DNA from: Alphaproteobacteria bacterium
Lineage (GTDB): Bacteria > Pseudomonadota > Alphaproteobacteria > CALKHQ01
DNA length: 64,000 nt
Reading direction: 5' to 3'
Assembly (NCBI GenBank): GCA_965227515.1
Contig: CBDDFZ010000001.1
Location: 2,528,001 to 2,592,000 of the forward strand
The stretch's first letter is position 1, and every line of letters begins with the position of its first letter. Below the pieces are notes generated by a model. That model ran no database searches. It was given only the letters and a program-made list of their open reading frames with translations, and had not been told where the DNA came from. Below, one piece after another: positions 48,826 to 59,072 of this stretch. A program made the position numbers and the translations under genes.

Positions 48826-49776
48826 TCAGGCGACTTGACGGCGCGCGGTGGCGTAGTTGTCGAGGAACCATCGGTACGTGCTGGCGACGCCCTCTTCAAG
48901 GCCGATCTTCGGCTGCCAGCCCAGTGCGTTCAGCCGCGAGGTGTCGACCAGCTTGCGCGGCATGCCATCGGGCTTGGAGGTATCGAAGGTCAGCGCGCCC
49001 TCGAAGCCCACGACCTCCTTCACCAGCGCGGCAAGGTCGCCGATGGAGATGTCGCTGCCGGCGCCGACGTTGATGATCTCCGGCTGCTCGTAGTTCTGCA
49101 TCAGGAAGACCAGCGCGTCGGCCAGGTCGTCGACGTGCAGGAACTCGCGCTTCGGCGTGCCGGTGCCCCACACCACCACCTCGCGGTCGCCGTTCTGCTT
49201 GGCCAGATGGAAGCGGTGGATCAGCGCCGGCATCACGTGGGCGGCCTGCAGGTCGAAATTGTCGTGCGGCCCATAGAGGTTGGTCGGCATCGCCGAGATG
49301 GCGTTGAAGCCGTACTGGTGGCGATAGGCGCGGCACATCTCGATGCCGGCGATCTTGGCCACCGCATAGGGCTGGTTGGTCGGCTCCAGGTGGCCCGACA
49401 GCAGCGCCTCCTCGGGGATCGGCTGTGGCGCATTGCGCGGGTAGATGCACGACGAGCCCAGGAACATCAGCTTGGTGGTGCCGTGGCGTCGCGCCGCCTC
49501 GATCACCGCAAGCTGGATCTGCAAGTTCTCGCGGATGAAGTCGCCGGTGTAGGTCGAGTTGGCGTGGATGCCGCCGACCCGGGCGGCGGCCAGGAACACA
49601 TAGGCGGGCTTCTCGGCGGCGAAGAAGCGGTCGACGGCGGCAGCGTCGGTGAGGTCGAGCTCGGTCCGGCTGCGCAGCAGCAGGTTGTCGAACCCGCCCT
49701 CGTTGAGTCGGCGCACGATGGCGGAGCCCACCAGCCCGCGATGGCCGGCAACGAAGATCGACGATGACTTATCCAT
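48826..49776 (-). CDS. fcl: GDP-L-fucose synthase
   Basis: [52 protein letters not shown]. Confidence 0.95.
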   Translation of the reverse strand: MDKSSSIFVAGHRGLVGSAIVRRLNEGGFDNLLLRSRTELDLTDAAAVDRFFAAEKPAYVFLAAARVGGIHANSTYTGDFIRENLQIQLAVIEAARRHGTTKLMFLGSSCIYPRNAPQPIPEEALLSGHLEPTNQPYAVAKIAGIEMCRAYRHQYGFNAISAMPTNLYGPHDNFDLQAAHVMPALIHRFHLAKQNGDREVVVWGTGTPKREFLHVDDLADALVFLMQNYEQPEIINVGAGSDISIGDLAALVKEVVGFEGALTFDTSKPDGMPRKLVDTSRLNALGWQPKIGLEEGVASTYRWFLDNYATARRQVA

Positions 49777-50815
49777 TGGCGGCGGCCCGGTTTGCCATCT
49801 GGTCGCGCGCGGCGTTCAGAATAGCCTCTTCCTTGGCCAGTTCCATGTCGTGGTCGACCATCATTCGCACCAGCCCCTCGAACGACACCTTGGGCTGCCA
49901 GCCCAGCACATCCTTGGCCTTGCTGGCATCGCCTTGCAGGAAGTCGACCTCCGCCGGCCGGAAATAGCGCGGGTCGATGGCGACCGCGTTGCCGACATCC
50001 ACGCCGACCATGTTGGCGGCCATGTCCAGGAACTGCTGCACCGACCAGGCCTCGCCAGTGGCGACCACGAAGTCGTCCGGCGTGTCGGCCTGCAGCATCA
50101 GCCACATCGCCTCCACATAGTCGCCGGCAAAGCCCCAGTCGCGTTTGGCATCCAGATTGCCGAGGTAGAGCTTGTCCTGCAGGCCGAGCTTGATGCGAGT
50201 CAGCGCGCGGGTGATCTTGCGGGTGACGAAGGTCTCGCCACGGCGCGGGCTCTCGTGGTTGAACAGGATGCCGTTGGCCACGAACATGTCGTAGCTCTCG
50301 CGGTAGTTCACCGCGTACCAATGCGCCGCCACCTTGGCCACCGCATAGGGGCTGCGCGGGTAGAACGGGGTCGCCTCGCTCTGCGGCGGCTTGGCCGCAC
50401 CGTACATTTCCGACGAGCCGGCCTGGTAGACCCGGATCTGCTGACCGGAGATCTGCTGTTGCTCGCGCACAGCCTCCAGCAGGCGCAACGTCCCCATCGC
50501 CACCACGTCGGAGGTGAATTCCGGCTGGTCGAACGACACCCGCACATGGCTCTGGGCGCCCAGATTGTAGATTTCATCGGGCTGCACCGCGCCGATGATC
50601 CTTCTGAGCGTGCCGCCGTCGCTGAGATCGCCGTAGTGCAGGGTCAGCCGAGCACCGCTGGCGTGGGGGTCGTGGTAGATGTGATCGATTCGCCCGGTGT
50701 TGAAGCTGGACGACCGGCGGATGATGCCGTGGACGGCATAGCCCTTGGCGAGCAGGAACTCGGCCAGATACGAGCCATCCTGCCCGGTGATGCCGGTGAT
50801 CAGTGCTTTCTTCAT
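49769..50815 (-). CDS. gmd: GDP-mannose 4,6-dehydratase
   Basis: [45 protein letters not shown]. Confidence 0.97.
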   Translation of the reverse strand: MKKALITGITGQDGSYLAEFLLAKGYAVHGIIRRSSSFNTGRIDHIYHDPHASGARLTLHYGDLSDGGTLRRIIGAVQPDEIYNLGAQSHVRVSFDQPEFTSDVVAMGTLRLLEAVREQQQISGQQIRVYQAGSSEMYGAAKPPQSEATPFYPRSPYAVAKVAAHWYAVNYRESYDMFVANGILFNHESPRRGETFVTRKITRALTRIKLGLQDKLYLGNLDAKRDWGFAGDYVEAMWLMLQADTPDDFVVATGEAWSVQQFLDMAANMVGVDVGNAVAIDPRYFRPAEVDFLQGDASKAKDVLGWQPKVSFEGLVRMMVDHDMELAKEEAILNAARDQMANRAAANG

Positions 50816-50903
50816 CGCGATCTCTTTGGTCTCGTGCTAAGCGCCCTGCGGCACCGCCGTGGGCGGGCCTGGGTTGGGAACGGCGTCTCAAGTCGCGGGC
50901 GTT

Positions 50904-50990
50904 AAGTCTGCGCCTGCCCTCTCCCCCACCCGACCCCCCGTCGCCAGTATGATTGGGGCGGTCGGGTGGGGGAGAGGGCTGGTGCCGATT
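50904..50990. repeat. Family-4 long palindrome, copy 1
   Basis: aagtctgcgcctgccctctcccccacccgacccc ... ggggcggtcgggtgggggagagggctggtgccgatt. Confidence 0.85.
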
Positions 50991-51025
50991 CAGCGTCAGC
51001 GTCCGACGATCCAAGGCAGAAAACT

Positions 51026-51553
51026 ATGGCTTTGTTAGCATATCGTGAGCGTAGCCCGATAGTCGGCCATCGCGTGTTCGTCGCGCCCGGCGCGACCGTG
51101 GCCGGCGACGTGACCATCGGGGACCATTCGGGCCTGTGGTTCGGGGTCGTGGTGCGCGGCGACGTCAACATCGTGCGCATCGGTGCGCGCACCAACATCC
51201 AGGACGGCACGGTGGTTCATGTCAGCCGCAACGGCAAGGGCACCCACATCGGTGATGACGTGACCGTGGGCCACATGGCGATGCTTCACGACTGCCGGCT
51301 GGAGAATCGCTCGTTCGTCGGCATGCAGGCGTGCGTGATGGACGGTGCGGTGGTCGAGACCGGGGCGATGGTGGCGGCGGGCGCGCTGGTGACGCCGGGC
51401 AAGCGGGTGCCGGCGGGCGAGGTGTGGGGCGGCCGGCCAGCCAAGTTCATGCGCGCGCTGACCGACGACGAGGCCGCTTACCTGCAAACCTCCGCCGACA
51501 ACTACGTGGCGCTGGCGGCGGAGTACCTGGACGCCGGCATCGGCTGGACGTGA
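51026..51553 (+). CDS. Gamma carbonic anhydrase family protein (YrdA-like)
   Basis: Hexapeptide repeats, VRGDVN, TNIQDGTVVH, VTVGH..MLH. Confidence 0.93.
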   Translation: MALLAYRERSPIVGHRVFVAPGATVAGDVTIGDHSGLWFGVVVRGDVNIVRIGARTNIQDGTVVHVSRNGKGTHIGDDVTVGHMAMLHDCRLENRSFVGMQACVMDGAVVETGAMVAAGALVTPGKRVPAGEVWGGRPAKFMRALTDDEAAYLQTSADNYVALAAEYLDAGIGWT

Positions 51554-51580
51554 CGGGCGCATCGTGACCGGCAGAAACCG

Positions 51581-52474
51581 ATGCGCGTCGCACTGATCGG
51601 GGCGACCAGCAAGACCGGCCGCTTCCTGGCGCCGCGGCTGGTCAACGACGGCCACGATCTGGTCGCCATCGGCCGCGACGCCGCGCGCTTGCAGGCGCGC
51701 GTGCCCGATGCCGAACATCGCGTCGCCGACTTTTCCGACCCGGCCACCGTCGCGAAGTCCCTGGACGGCATCGAGGTCGTCGTCAGTTTGGCCCACGCGC
51801 GCACGATTTCGACACTGCTGGCGGCATTGCCGCAGAGCGTGCGGCGGATGGTCGTGACCGGCAGCACCCGGAAGTTCACGCGACTGCCCGATCCGGCCGC
51901 CGACGAGGTGCGGGCGGGTGAGGCAGCATGGCGGGCCTTCCGCGACCGGGGCGCCGCCCAGGGAGGTTGCGAGGCGGTGTTGCTGCACCCCTCGATGATC
52001 TATGGCGCGCCGGAGGACCGCAGTGTCGGCACCATCCTGCGCGCGTTCAGGAAATGGCCGCGCTGGATGCCGGCGCCGGTGCCGCTGCCGGCCGGTGGGC
52101 GCCACACGGTGCAGCCGGTGTTCGTCGACGACGTGGTGGCCGCTTTCGCCGCCGCCGTGACGGTCGAGCACGTGCCGGCGGAACCGATAATCCTCGCCGG
52201 GCCGGCGCCGATCCCCTACCGCGAGATGGTGCGTACCTGTGCCGCCGCCGTCGGCCGACGGGTCGCGGTCGTGCCGGTCCCTGTCGGCCTGGGCGCCGGC
52301 GTGCTCGGCGGGCTGGCAAAGGTCGGGCTCAGGCTGCCGGTCTCGGCCGCCGCGCTGCGCCGCACCGCCGAGGACAAGGCGTTCGACGTCTCACCGATGA
52401 TCGACGGCCTGGGCGTCACCCCGCGCGACTTCGCGTCCGGCGTGGCGGAAAAGGTGCGGCGGGGGTGGCTCTGA
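51581..52474 (+). CDS. NAD(P)-binding SDR/epimerase-like protein
   Basis: ALIGATSKTG, PSMIYG, VQPVFVDDV. Confidence 0.8.
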   Translation: MRVALIGATSKTGRFLAPRLVNDGHDLVAIGRDAARLQARVPDAEHRVADFSDPATVAKSLDGIEVVVSLAHARTISTLLAALPQSVRRMVVTGSTRKFTRLPDPAADEVRAGEAAWRAFRDRGAAQGGCEAVLLHPSMIYGAPEDRSVGTILRAFRKWPRWMPAPVPLPAGGRHTVQPVFVDDVVAAFAAAVTVEHVPAEPIILAGPAPIPYREMVRTCAAAVGRRVAVVPVPVGLGAGVLGGLAKVGLRLPVSAAALRRTAEDKAFDVSPMIDGLGVTPRDFASGVAEKVRRGWL

Positions 52475-52516
52475 GCTATTCTGAAGCTTGCGAATGGGCG
52501 CTTCGTCGAGGGGATC

Positions 52517-52864
52517 ATGACCGTCACCATCTACCACAACCCGCGTTGCAGCAAATCGCGCCAGACCCTGGCGCTGCTGGAGGAGCGCGATGTCGTGCCG
52601 GTCGTGGTGGAGTACCTGAAGGACCCGCCGGACGCCGCGACCCTGGACGCCATCCTGCGCGAACTCGGCATGGAGCCGCGCGACCTGATGCGCAAGAAGG
52701 AGGCGCCCTACAAGGACCTCAATCTCGCCGACCCGGACCTGTCGCGGGCCGAGCTGATCGGGGCGATGGCGGAGAACCCGATCCTGATCGAGCGCCCGAT
52801 CGTGCGCAAGGACGGCAAGGCCGCCATCGGCCGCCCGCCGGAAGCGGTGCTGGAGGTGCTTTAG
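52517..52864 (+). CDS. arsC: Arsenate reductase (glutaredoxin-dependent) family protein
   Basis: IYHNPRCSKSR, VEYL, PILIERPIV, IGRPPE. Confidence 0.88.
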   Translation: MTVTIYHNPRCSKSRQTLALLEERDVVPVVVEYLKDPPDAATLDAILRELGMEPRDLMRKKEAPYKDLNLADPDLSRAELIGAMAENPILIERPIVRKDGKAAIGRPPEAVLEVL

Positions 52865-52934
52865 GCGGCGCGCGGCGCCGGTCAAGGATGACAATGGGGG
52901 GCGCTGCGCCTCGCAATGATGGAAAGGGCGGAGG

Positions 52935-53288
52935 CTACCCCAACAGCGTCAGGGTGTTGCCGGCCGGGTCGGTGAAGTGCGCCAGCGAGCCGCCCCAGAA
53001 CTGCTTTTCCGGCGGCGACGTGAACGCCACGCCCTTGGCCGCCAGGTCGGCGTGGGTCGCCGCGATGTCGTCCACCTGCAGCGAGATGCCGACGAACCGC
53101 CCGATCAGGTTGCCGTCGTCGCCATCTGGCGCGGTGCGCTCGACGATCAGTTGCGGCCCGCCGGCATCGACCCCGAACACGCCGTGGTCGGGCATGTCCC
53201 AGACGACCTGCAGCCCCAGGGTCTCGGCGTAGAACGCCTTCGCGCTCGCGTAGTCATCGACCCAGATGCGCACGCCGTAGAGTTTCAT
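52935..53288 (-). CDS. VOC/glyoxalase family protein
   Basis: AKAFYAETLGL, LQVDDI, QFWGG..AHFTDPAGN. Confidence 0.9.
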   Translation of the reverse strand: MKLYGVRIWVDDYASAKAFYAETLGLQVVWDMPDHGVFGVDAGGPQLIVERTAPDGDDGNLIGRFVGISLQVDDIAATHADLAAKGVAFTSPPEKQFWGGSLAHFTDPAGNTLTLLG

Positions 53289-53319
53289 CGCTCCCTCCTT
53301 GCGGCGCTTCTGAAGGCCC

Positions 53320-55131
53320 TCAGTCCTGCGCCTTCACCGCCACGTAGCTGCCGGGTGCGTCCTCGATCACCTTCAGCTTGCCATCGCCGGGCTTGCGCGC
53401 CGGCACCTGGCCGCCGTCGTGCCTTTCCACCCATTTCTGCCATTCCGGCCACCACGAGCCCGGCTCTTCCTTGGCGTTCTTCAGCCAGGTCTCCGGCTTC
53501 TTCGGGTTACGGCCGCTGCCGATCCAGTGCGAGTACTTCTCGGACGCCGGCGGGTTGACCACGCCGGCGATGTGGCCGGAGGCGGCGAGGCAGAACTTCA
53601 CCGGGCCGGAGAACAGATTGACCGCGGCGTAAGTCGAGGTCCACGGCGCGATGTGGTCCTCGCGGGTCGACAGCATGAACACCGGCGTATCGACGGTGGT
53701 GAGGTCGATCGGCACGCCATCCAGGACGATGCCGCCCGGCTGCACCAGCCTGTTCTCCTGGTACATATTGCGCAGGTAGTACGAGTGCATCACCGCCGGC
53801 ATGCGGGTGCTGTCGGAGTTCCAGTACAACAGGTCGAACGGGAACGGGTCCTTGCCCATCAGGTAGTTGTTGACCACGAACGACCAGATCAGGTCGTTGG
53901 CGCGCAGCATGTTGAACGTGGTGGCCATGTCGCTGCCGGCGAGATAGCCCTGCTTGTTCATGCGCTCTTCAAGTGCTGCGAGCTGTTCCTCGTCGATGAA
54001 GACCGACAGTTCGCCGGCCTCGGAGAAGTCGGTCAGCGTGGTCAGGAACGTGGCGCTGACCACCCGCGTGTCGCCCTTGGCCTTCATGTAGGCCAGCGTG
54101 CTGGCCAGCAGGGTGCCGCCCAGGCAATAGCCGATGACGTTGAGGTCGGTCTCGCCGGTGGCTTTGGCGATGGCGTCCATCGCCGCCAGCGGGCCTTCCA
54201 GCATGTAGTCCTCGAACGACTTGCGCGCCAGCGCCTCGTTCGGGTTCACCCACGACAGCACGAACACGGTGTGGCCCTGTTCCACCGCCCATTTGATGAA
54301 CGAGTTCTTCGGGCGCAAATCCAGGATGTAGTACTTGTTGATCCACGGCGGGATGATCATCAGCGGCCGCTTGGCCACGGTCTTCGTCGTCGGCTCGTAT
54401 TGCAGCAGCTGGATCAGGTCGTTCTGGTACACCACCTTGCCGGGGGTGACGGCGATATTCTCGCCAAGCTCGAACGCTTCCAGATCGGTCATCTTGATGT
54501 GGAGCTGGCCCTTGCCGCGCTCCAGGTCGTCCAACAGGTTCTGCAGGCCCTTGACCAGGTTCTCGCCGCGGCTCTCCAGCGTGGTGCGCAGTACCTCCGG
54601 ATTGGTCATGACGAAGTTCGACGGCGCCATCGCGTCGACGAACTGGCGGGTATAGAAGTCCACCTTCTTCGCCGTCTTGTCGTCCAGGCCGTCGACGTCG
54701 CGCACCGTGTTCAGCATCCAGCGCGACGTCATCAGGTAGCTCTGCTTGATGAAGTCGAACACGTTGCCGTCGTTCCAGGAGTCGTCGCGGAAGCGCCGGT
54801 CGCCCTCCGGCGGATGTTCCACCGGGTCGACATTGTGGCCCAGCATGCGCTGGGTGGCGTTCTGCCAGATCTCCATGTAGCCCTGCCACAGGTCGACCTG
54901 GGCCTGCATCAGCTTGGCCGGGTTGGCCATCATCCGCGTGGTCATTTCCAGGAACGCGCTGCCGATGTTCAGCGGATCGCTCATGCCCAGGTGGGGGCCG
55001 TCGGCGCCGTTGCCCTGTCGGCTCATGAAATCGAGCACCAGCTTGCGGCTCTGCTCCGCGATCTTGGCCATGTTCTGGCCGAGCTCCATCGGATCCTGCC
55101 TGTTGGTCTCGGTCTGCTGCTGGTCGCTCAT
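53320..55131 (-). CDS. phaC: Class I poly(R)-hydroxyalkanoate synthase
   Basis: DRRF, PSNF..TNP, PPWINKYYILDL, GYCLGG lipase box, EDHIAP, SGHIAG. Confidence 0.96.
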   Translation of the reverse strand: MSDQQQTETNRQDPMELGQNMAKIAEQSRKLVLDFMSRQGNGADGPHLGMSDPLNIGSAFLEMTTRMMANPAKLMQAQVDLWQGYMEIWQNATQRMLGHNVDPVEHPPEGDRRFRDDSWNDGNVFDFIKQSYLMTSRWMLNTVRDVDGLDDKTAKKVDFYTRQFVDAMAPSNFVMTNPEVLRTTLESRGENLVKGLQNLLDDLERGKGQLHIKMTDLEAFELGENIAVTPGKVVYQNDLIQLLQYEPTTKTVAKRPLMIIPPWINKYYILDLRPKNSFIKWAVEQGHTVFVLSWVNPNEALARKSFEDYMLEGPLAAMDAIAKATGETDLNVIGYCLGGTLLASTLAYMKAKGDTRVVSATFLTTLTDFSEAGELSVFIDEEQLAALEERMNKQGYLAGSDMATTFNMLRANDLIWSFVVNNYLMGKDPFPFDLLYWNSDSTRMPAVMHSYYLRNMYQENRLVQPGGIVLDGVPIDLTTVDTPVFMLSTREDHIAPWTSTYAAVNLFSGPVKFCLAASGHIAGVVNPPASEKYSHWIGSGRNPKKPETWLKNAKEEPGSWWPEWQKWVERHDGGQVPARKPGDGKLKVIEDAPGSYVAVKAQD

Positions 55132-55493
55132 GCGGCCACCTCGTGTCTGGTGATGTGCCGCCTCATGCGTCGCCGGGCCGGCACGTCGATGGTCAGGGCG
55201 GATACATGGCTTTCGGCGAATTTGCAAAGCCCAATCAGGCTTTGCCATGACGCACTCTTCGGGATGCCGCGTGCCGCGCGAATGGCCTCTCCATAGCAGT
55301 AGTGCGGCGCAACCCAATGTAAAGCTTGGATGACGGCGCTTCATTTGCTAGGCATCGTAGCGTTCGGGTCTCGCGCCGCGCCGCGGGCCCGCGATGCTGA
55401 CGGGGGCGCGTCACGACGTTCCCGAACGGACTGGGGACACGCAAATTGCCTGGGCCAATCACGACTATTGAGCCGGCCTCCTCCGCGCAGGCC

Positions 55494-56240
55494 GTGCGCA
55501 TACGCCGAAGCCTGACGCCGCTGCTGGCGGCGGCCATGCTGGCCGGCGGCTTGGCGGGCTGCAGCGACTGGTTCAGCGGCGACGACGACCTCTATACCGG
55601 CCCCAGCGGCATCACGCTGCGCGCCGACGAGACGTTCCCGGCGGTCGGCACCGTGCCGGACCGTCCCGAGCCCATGACCACCGAGGCGGAGCGTCAGGCT
55701 GCCATCGACACCGGTGTGCCGGTCATCACCGATGCGCCGACATCCATGCCGCCCGCGCCGCAGCAGCCGCAGGTGTCCCAAACCCCAGCGCAGCAGACCG
55801 TCGTTCCGCAGCAAACGGTGGTGCCGCAGCAGCCGGTCGCCCAGCAGGTCGTCTCTGTGACGCCGCCGGCGGTCAACATCCCCCAGGGCACGGTGCTGGT
55901 GGCCACGGTCAACTTCCTGACCTCGTCGGACAATCTGGACGGCCGCGACCAGCAGATTCTGCGCGACGTTGTGGAATTGCAGCGCGCCACCGGCCGGATC
56001 GTGACGGTGGTCGGCCATGCCAGCGCGCGCACCGCGCCGATGATGCCGCAGCGCGCGGCGCTGATTAACTACCAGTTGTCGATTGACCGGGCGAAGGCGG
56101 TGGCCGACGCGCTGGTCCGTCTGGGCGTGCCGCCCGGCTCGGTATATGTGTATGCCGTGGGCGACCGGCAGCCGGCGTTCCTGGAGAACATGGAAACCGG
56201 CCAGATCGGCAACCAGCGCGCCGAGATCTATTTCAATTGA
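55494..56240 (+). CDS. OmpA-C-like domain lipoprotein
   Basis: Lipobox LAG-C, Pro/Gln linker, VVGHAS...NYQLSIDRAKAV...NQRAEIY. Confidence 0.8.
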   Translation: MRIRRSLTPLLAAAMLAGGLAGCSDWFSGDDDLYTGPSGITLRADETFPAVGTVPDRPEPMTTEAERQAAIDTGVPVITDAPTSMPPAPQQPQVSQTPAQQTVVPQQTVVPQQPVAQQVVSVTPPAVNIPQGTVLVATVNFLTSSDNLDGRDQQILRDVVELQRATGRIVTVVGHASARTAPMMPQRAALINYQLSIDRAKAVADALVRLGVPPGSVYVYAVGDRQPAFLENMETGQIGNQRAEIYFN

Positions 56241-56330
56241 CCCGGGTTGGGTGACGCCGGCCCAGGGGGCCGCGCGGACCGCCCGGTGGCCTGCCGACCG
56301 CATTCGGCCCTGAGAGCTTCGCGAACCGCC

Positions 56331-57560
56331 ATGGACGACCAGTTCTACCGCATCAAACGCCTGCCGCCCTACGTCTTCGCCCAGGTGAACGCCATGAAGG
56401 CGGCGGCGCGGGCCGACGGCGCCGACATTATCGACTTCGGCATGGGCAACCCGGACCGGCCGACCCCGCCGCACATCGTCGAGAAGATGGTGGAGGCGGC
56501 GCGCGACGGGCGGACCCACCGCTATTCCAACTCGCGCGGCATTCCGGGGCTGAGGCGCGCCATTGCCGGCTACTACGGTCGCCGGTTCGGCGTCGACATC
56601 GATCCCGAGCGCGAGGCGATCGTCACCCTTGGCTCGAAGGAGGGGCTGGCCAACCTGGCGCAGGCGATCACCAGCCCCGGCGACGTGGTGCTGGTGCCGA
56701 ACCCCAGTTATCCGATCCACGCCTTCGGCTTCATCATCGCCGGCGGCTCGGTGCGCCATCTGCCGGTCGACTCCGTCGGCGCCCACGAGCTGGGCCCGGC
56801 CTTCATGACCGCGCTGGAGCGTGCGGTGCGCCACTCGGTGCCGAAGCCGGTCGCCGTCATCCTGAACTATCCGGCCAATCCCACCGCGCAGGTCGCCGAC
56901 CTGGATTTCTATGCCGAGGTGGTGGCGTTCTGCCGCCGGCACGAGATTTTCGTCCTGTCCGACCTCGCCTACGCCGAGATCTATTTCGACGGCGACCCGC
57001 CGCCATCGGTGCTGCAGGTACCCGGCGCCAAGGACATTGCGGTCGAGTTCACCTCGATGTCGAAGACGTACAATATGCCGGGCTGGCGCATCGGCTTCGC
57101 GGTCGGCAACCCCGATCTGGTCGCGGCCTTGGCGCGCGTGAAATCCTACCTCGACTATGGCGCGTTCACGCCGATCCAGGTTGCGGCGGCGGCCGCCCTC
57201 AACGGCCCGCAGGACTGCGTGGAGGAAATCCGCAATGTCTATCGCGAGCGCCGCGACGTGCTGATCGACGGGTTGGAGGCGGCCGGCTGGTCGGTCCCCA
57301 GGCCGCCGGCGACCATGTTCGCCTGGGCGCCTATTCCCGAACCCTATGCCGACATGGGCTCGCTGGAGTTCTCCAAGCTGTTGCTGACCGAGGCCAATGT
57401 CGCGGTTGCGCCGGGCGTCGGCTTCGGCGAGTACGGCGACGGCCATGTGCGCATTGGCCTGGTCGAGAACACCCAGCGCATCCGCCAGGCGGTGCGCTCC
57501 ATCCGCCGGTTCCTGAACCAGCAGCCCGCGCCACGGGCCGAACTGGCCGCCGCGCAGTAG
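56331..57560 (+). CDS. Class I/II PLP aminotransferase (AlaC / LL-DAP aminotransferase-like)
   Basis: RLPPYVF, GMGNPD, GSKEG, NYPANPT, DLAY, SMSKTYNMPGWRIG. Confidence 0.92.
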   Translation: MDDQFYRIKRLPPYVFAQVNAMKAAARADGADIIDFGMGNPDRPTPPHIVEKMVEAARDGRTHRYSNSRGIPGLRRAIAGYYGRRFGVDIDPEREAIVTLGSKEGLANLAQAITSPGDVVLVPNPSYPIHAFGFIIAGGSVRHLPVDSVGAHELGPAFMTALERAVRHSVPKPVAVILNYPANPTAQVADLDFYAEVVAFCRRHEIFVLSDLAYAEIYFDGDPPPSVLQVPGAKDIAVEFTSMSKTYNMPGWRIGFAVGNPDLVAALARVKSYLDYGAFTPIQVAAAAALNGPQDCVEEIRNVYRERRDVLIDGLEAAGWSVPRPPATMFAWAPIPEPYADMGSLEFSKLLLTEANVAVAPGVGFGEYGDGHVRIGLVENTQRIRQAVRSIRRFLNQQPAPRAELAAAQ

Positions 57561-57573
57561 TGTCTTTCTCACG

Positions 57574-57663
57574 AAGTCTGCGCCGGCCCTCTCCCCCACC
57601 CGGCCGCCCAACGAAAGTATCCTGCCTGGGTGGCCGGGTGGGGGAGCGGGCTGGTGCAGACTT
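57574..57663. repeat. Family-4 long palindrome, copy 2
   Basis: aagtctgcgccggccctctcccccacccggccgccca ... tgggtggccgggtgggggagcgggctggtgcagactt. Confidence 0.87.
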
Positions 57664-57684
57664 GGCGCGAGCGCTAGCGAAGCG

Positions 57685-58974
57685 ATGAGCCAACCATTTC
57701 AAGTGGCCATTGCCGGCCTGGGCACGGTCGGCTGCGGTGTCGTCGACATCCTGCAGACCCATGGCGAGACCATCGCGGCGCGGGCCGGGCGACCAATCGA
57801 GATCGTGGCGGTCTCGGCGCGGGCGCGGGACCGCGACCGGCCGGTCGACCTCTCCGGATACAAGTGGATCGACGACGTCCACGCGCTGGCCGGCGCACGC
57901 GCGGACGCGGTGGTCGAGGTGATCGGCGGCACCGAAGGGCCGGCGCGCACCCTGGTCGAGACCGTGCTCGGGCGCGGCGGCGCGGTGGTCACCGCCAACA
58001 AAGCGCTGCTGGCCGAGTATGGCGGCGCGCTGGCGCGGCTGGCCGAGGACAGTGGCGGCAAGCTTCTTTACGAGGCCGCGGTCGCCGGCGGCATTCCGGT
58101 GGTCAAGGCGCTGCGCGAGGCGATGGCCGGCAACCGGATCGAGCGCGTCTACGGCATCCTCAATGGCACCTGCAACTACATCCTCTCGGTGATGCGCGAG
58201 ACCGGCCGCGCCTTCGACGACGTGCTGCGCGAGGCGCAGGAATTGGGCTATGCCGAGGCCGATCCCAGCTTCGATATCGACGGTGTCGATGCCGCCCACA
58301 AGATCGCGATCGTAGCCTCGATCGCGTTTGGCGACCTGGTCAACTTCGACGGGGTGCATGTGGAGGGCATTCGCCATGTCTCGCCCGACGATATCGCATT
58401 CGCCGAGGAACTGGGCTACCGCATCAAGCTGATCGCCAGCGCCCGGCGCACCGACAGCGGCGTCGAGCAGCGGGTACATCCGTGCATGGTGCCATTGGCC
58501 GCGCAGATCGCCCATGTCGAGGGCGTGTTCAACGCCGTGGTCGCCAGCGGCGACTTCGTCGATGACATCATGCTGACCGGGCGCGGGGCGGGGGCGGGGC
58601 CGACCGCAACGGCTGTTGTCGCCGACCTGATCGACCTGGCGCGCGGCAACGCGGTGCCCACATTCGGGCGGCCGGTGGGCCAGCTCTCCCAGCCGGTGAC
58701 CTCACCGATGGAGCGCCACGAGGGCGCTTATTACGTGCGCCTGATGGTGCGCGACCAGCCCGGCGTGATCGCGGCGATCTCCGGCGTGTTGCGCGACCAC
58801 GAGATCAGCATGGAAGCGATCATCCAGCGCGGCCGCTCGCCCAACAACGTCGTGCCGGTGGTGATGACCGTCCACGAGACCTCGGAGAAGGCGATGGCGC
58901 GCGCCATGTCCGCCATCGCCGAGCTGGACGCCATGGCCGAACCGCCCCGCCTGATCCGCATCGAGGCGCTTTAG
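57685..58974 (+). CDS. hom: Homoserine dehydrogenase with C-terminal ACT domain
   Basis: GLGTVG, VVTANK, EAAVAGGIP, GILNGTCNYIL, GYAEADP, GRGAG, DQPGVIA. Confidence 0.96.
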   Translation: MSQPFQVAIAGLGTVGCGVVDILQTHGETIAARAGRPIEIVAVSARARDRDRPVDLSGYKWIDDVHALAGARADAVVEVIGGTEGPARTLVETVLGRGGAVVTANKALLAEYGGALARLAEDSGGKLLYEAAVAGGIPVVKALREAMAGNRIERVYGILNGTCNYILSVMRETGRAFDDVLREAQELGYAEADPSFDIDGVDAAHKIAIVASIAFGDLVNFDGVHVEGIRHVSPDDIAFAEELGYRIKLIASARRTDSGVEQRVHPCMVPLAAQIAHVEGVFNAVVASGDFVDDIMLTGRGAGAGPTATAVVADLIDLARGNAVPTFGRPVGQLSQPVTSPMERHEGAYYVRLMVRDQPGVIAAISGVLRDHEISMEAIIQRGRSPNNVVPVVMTVHETSEKAMARAMSAIAELDAMAEPPRLIRIEAL

Positions 58975-59023
58975 GGGCTCCAGAGTACTCCGTTTCAAAC
59001 CGAATCTACTTCCCGAGTCGTAC

Positions 59024-59051
59024 CCGTGTACATCCCGTGGTATGTACACGG
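59024..59051. promoter_or_regulatory. Perfect 10-bp inverted repeat upstream of the protease gene
   Basis: CCGTGTACAT-N8-ATGTACACGG. Confidence 0.55.
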
Positions 59052-59072
59052 TTTGATTGTGGGGAGGGGATA

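Noticed and set aside
52880-52922. Possible fifth REP family remnant (cgctgcgcctcgcaatgatg)
   Set aside because: Single short degenerate half-element with no partner in the window; cannot be supported
52517-53288. Arsenic-resistance operon
   Set aside because: arsC is alone, with no arsR, arsB/acr3 or arsH; the VOC gene is convergent and generic
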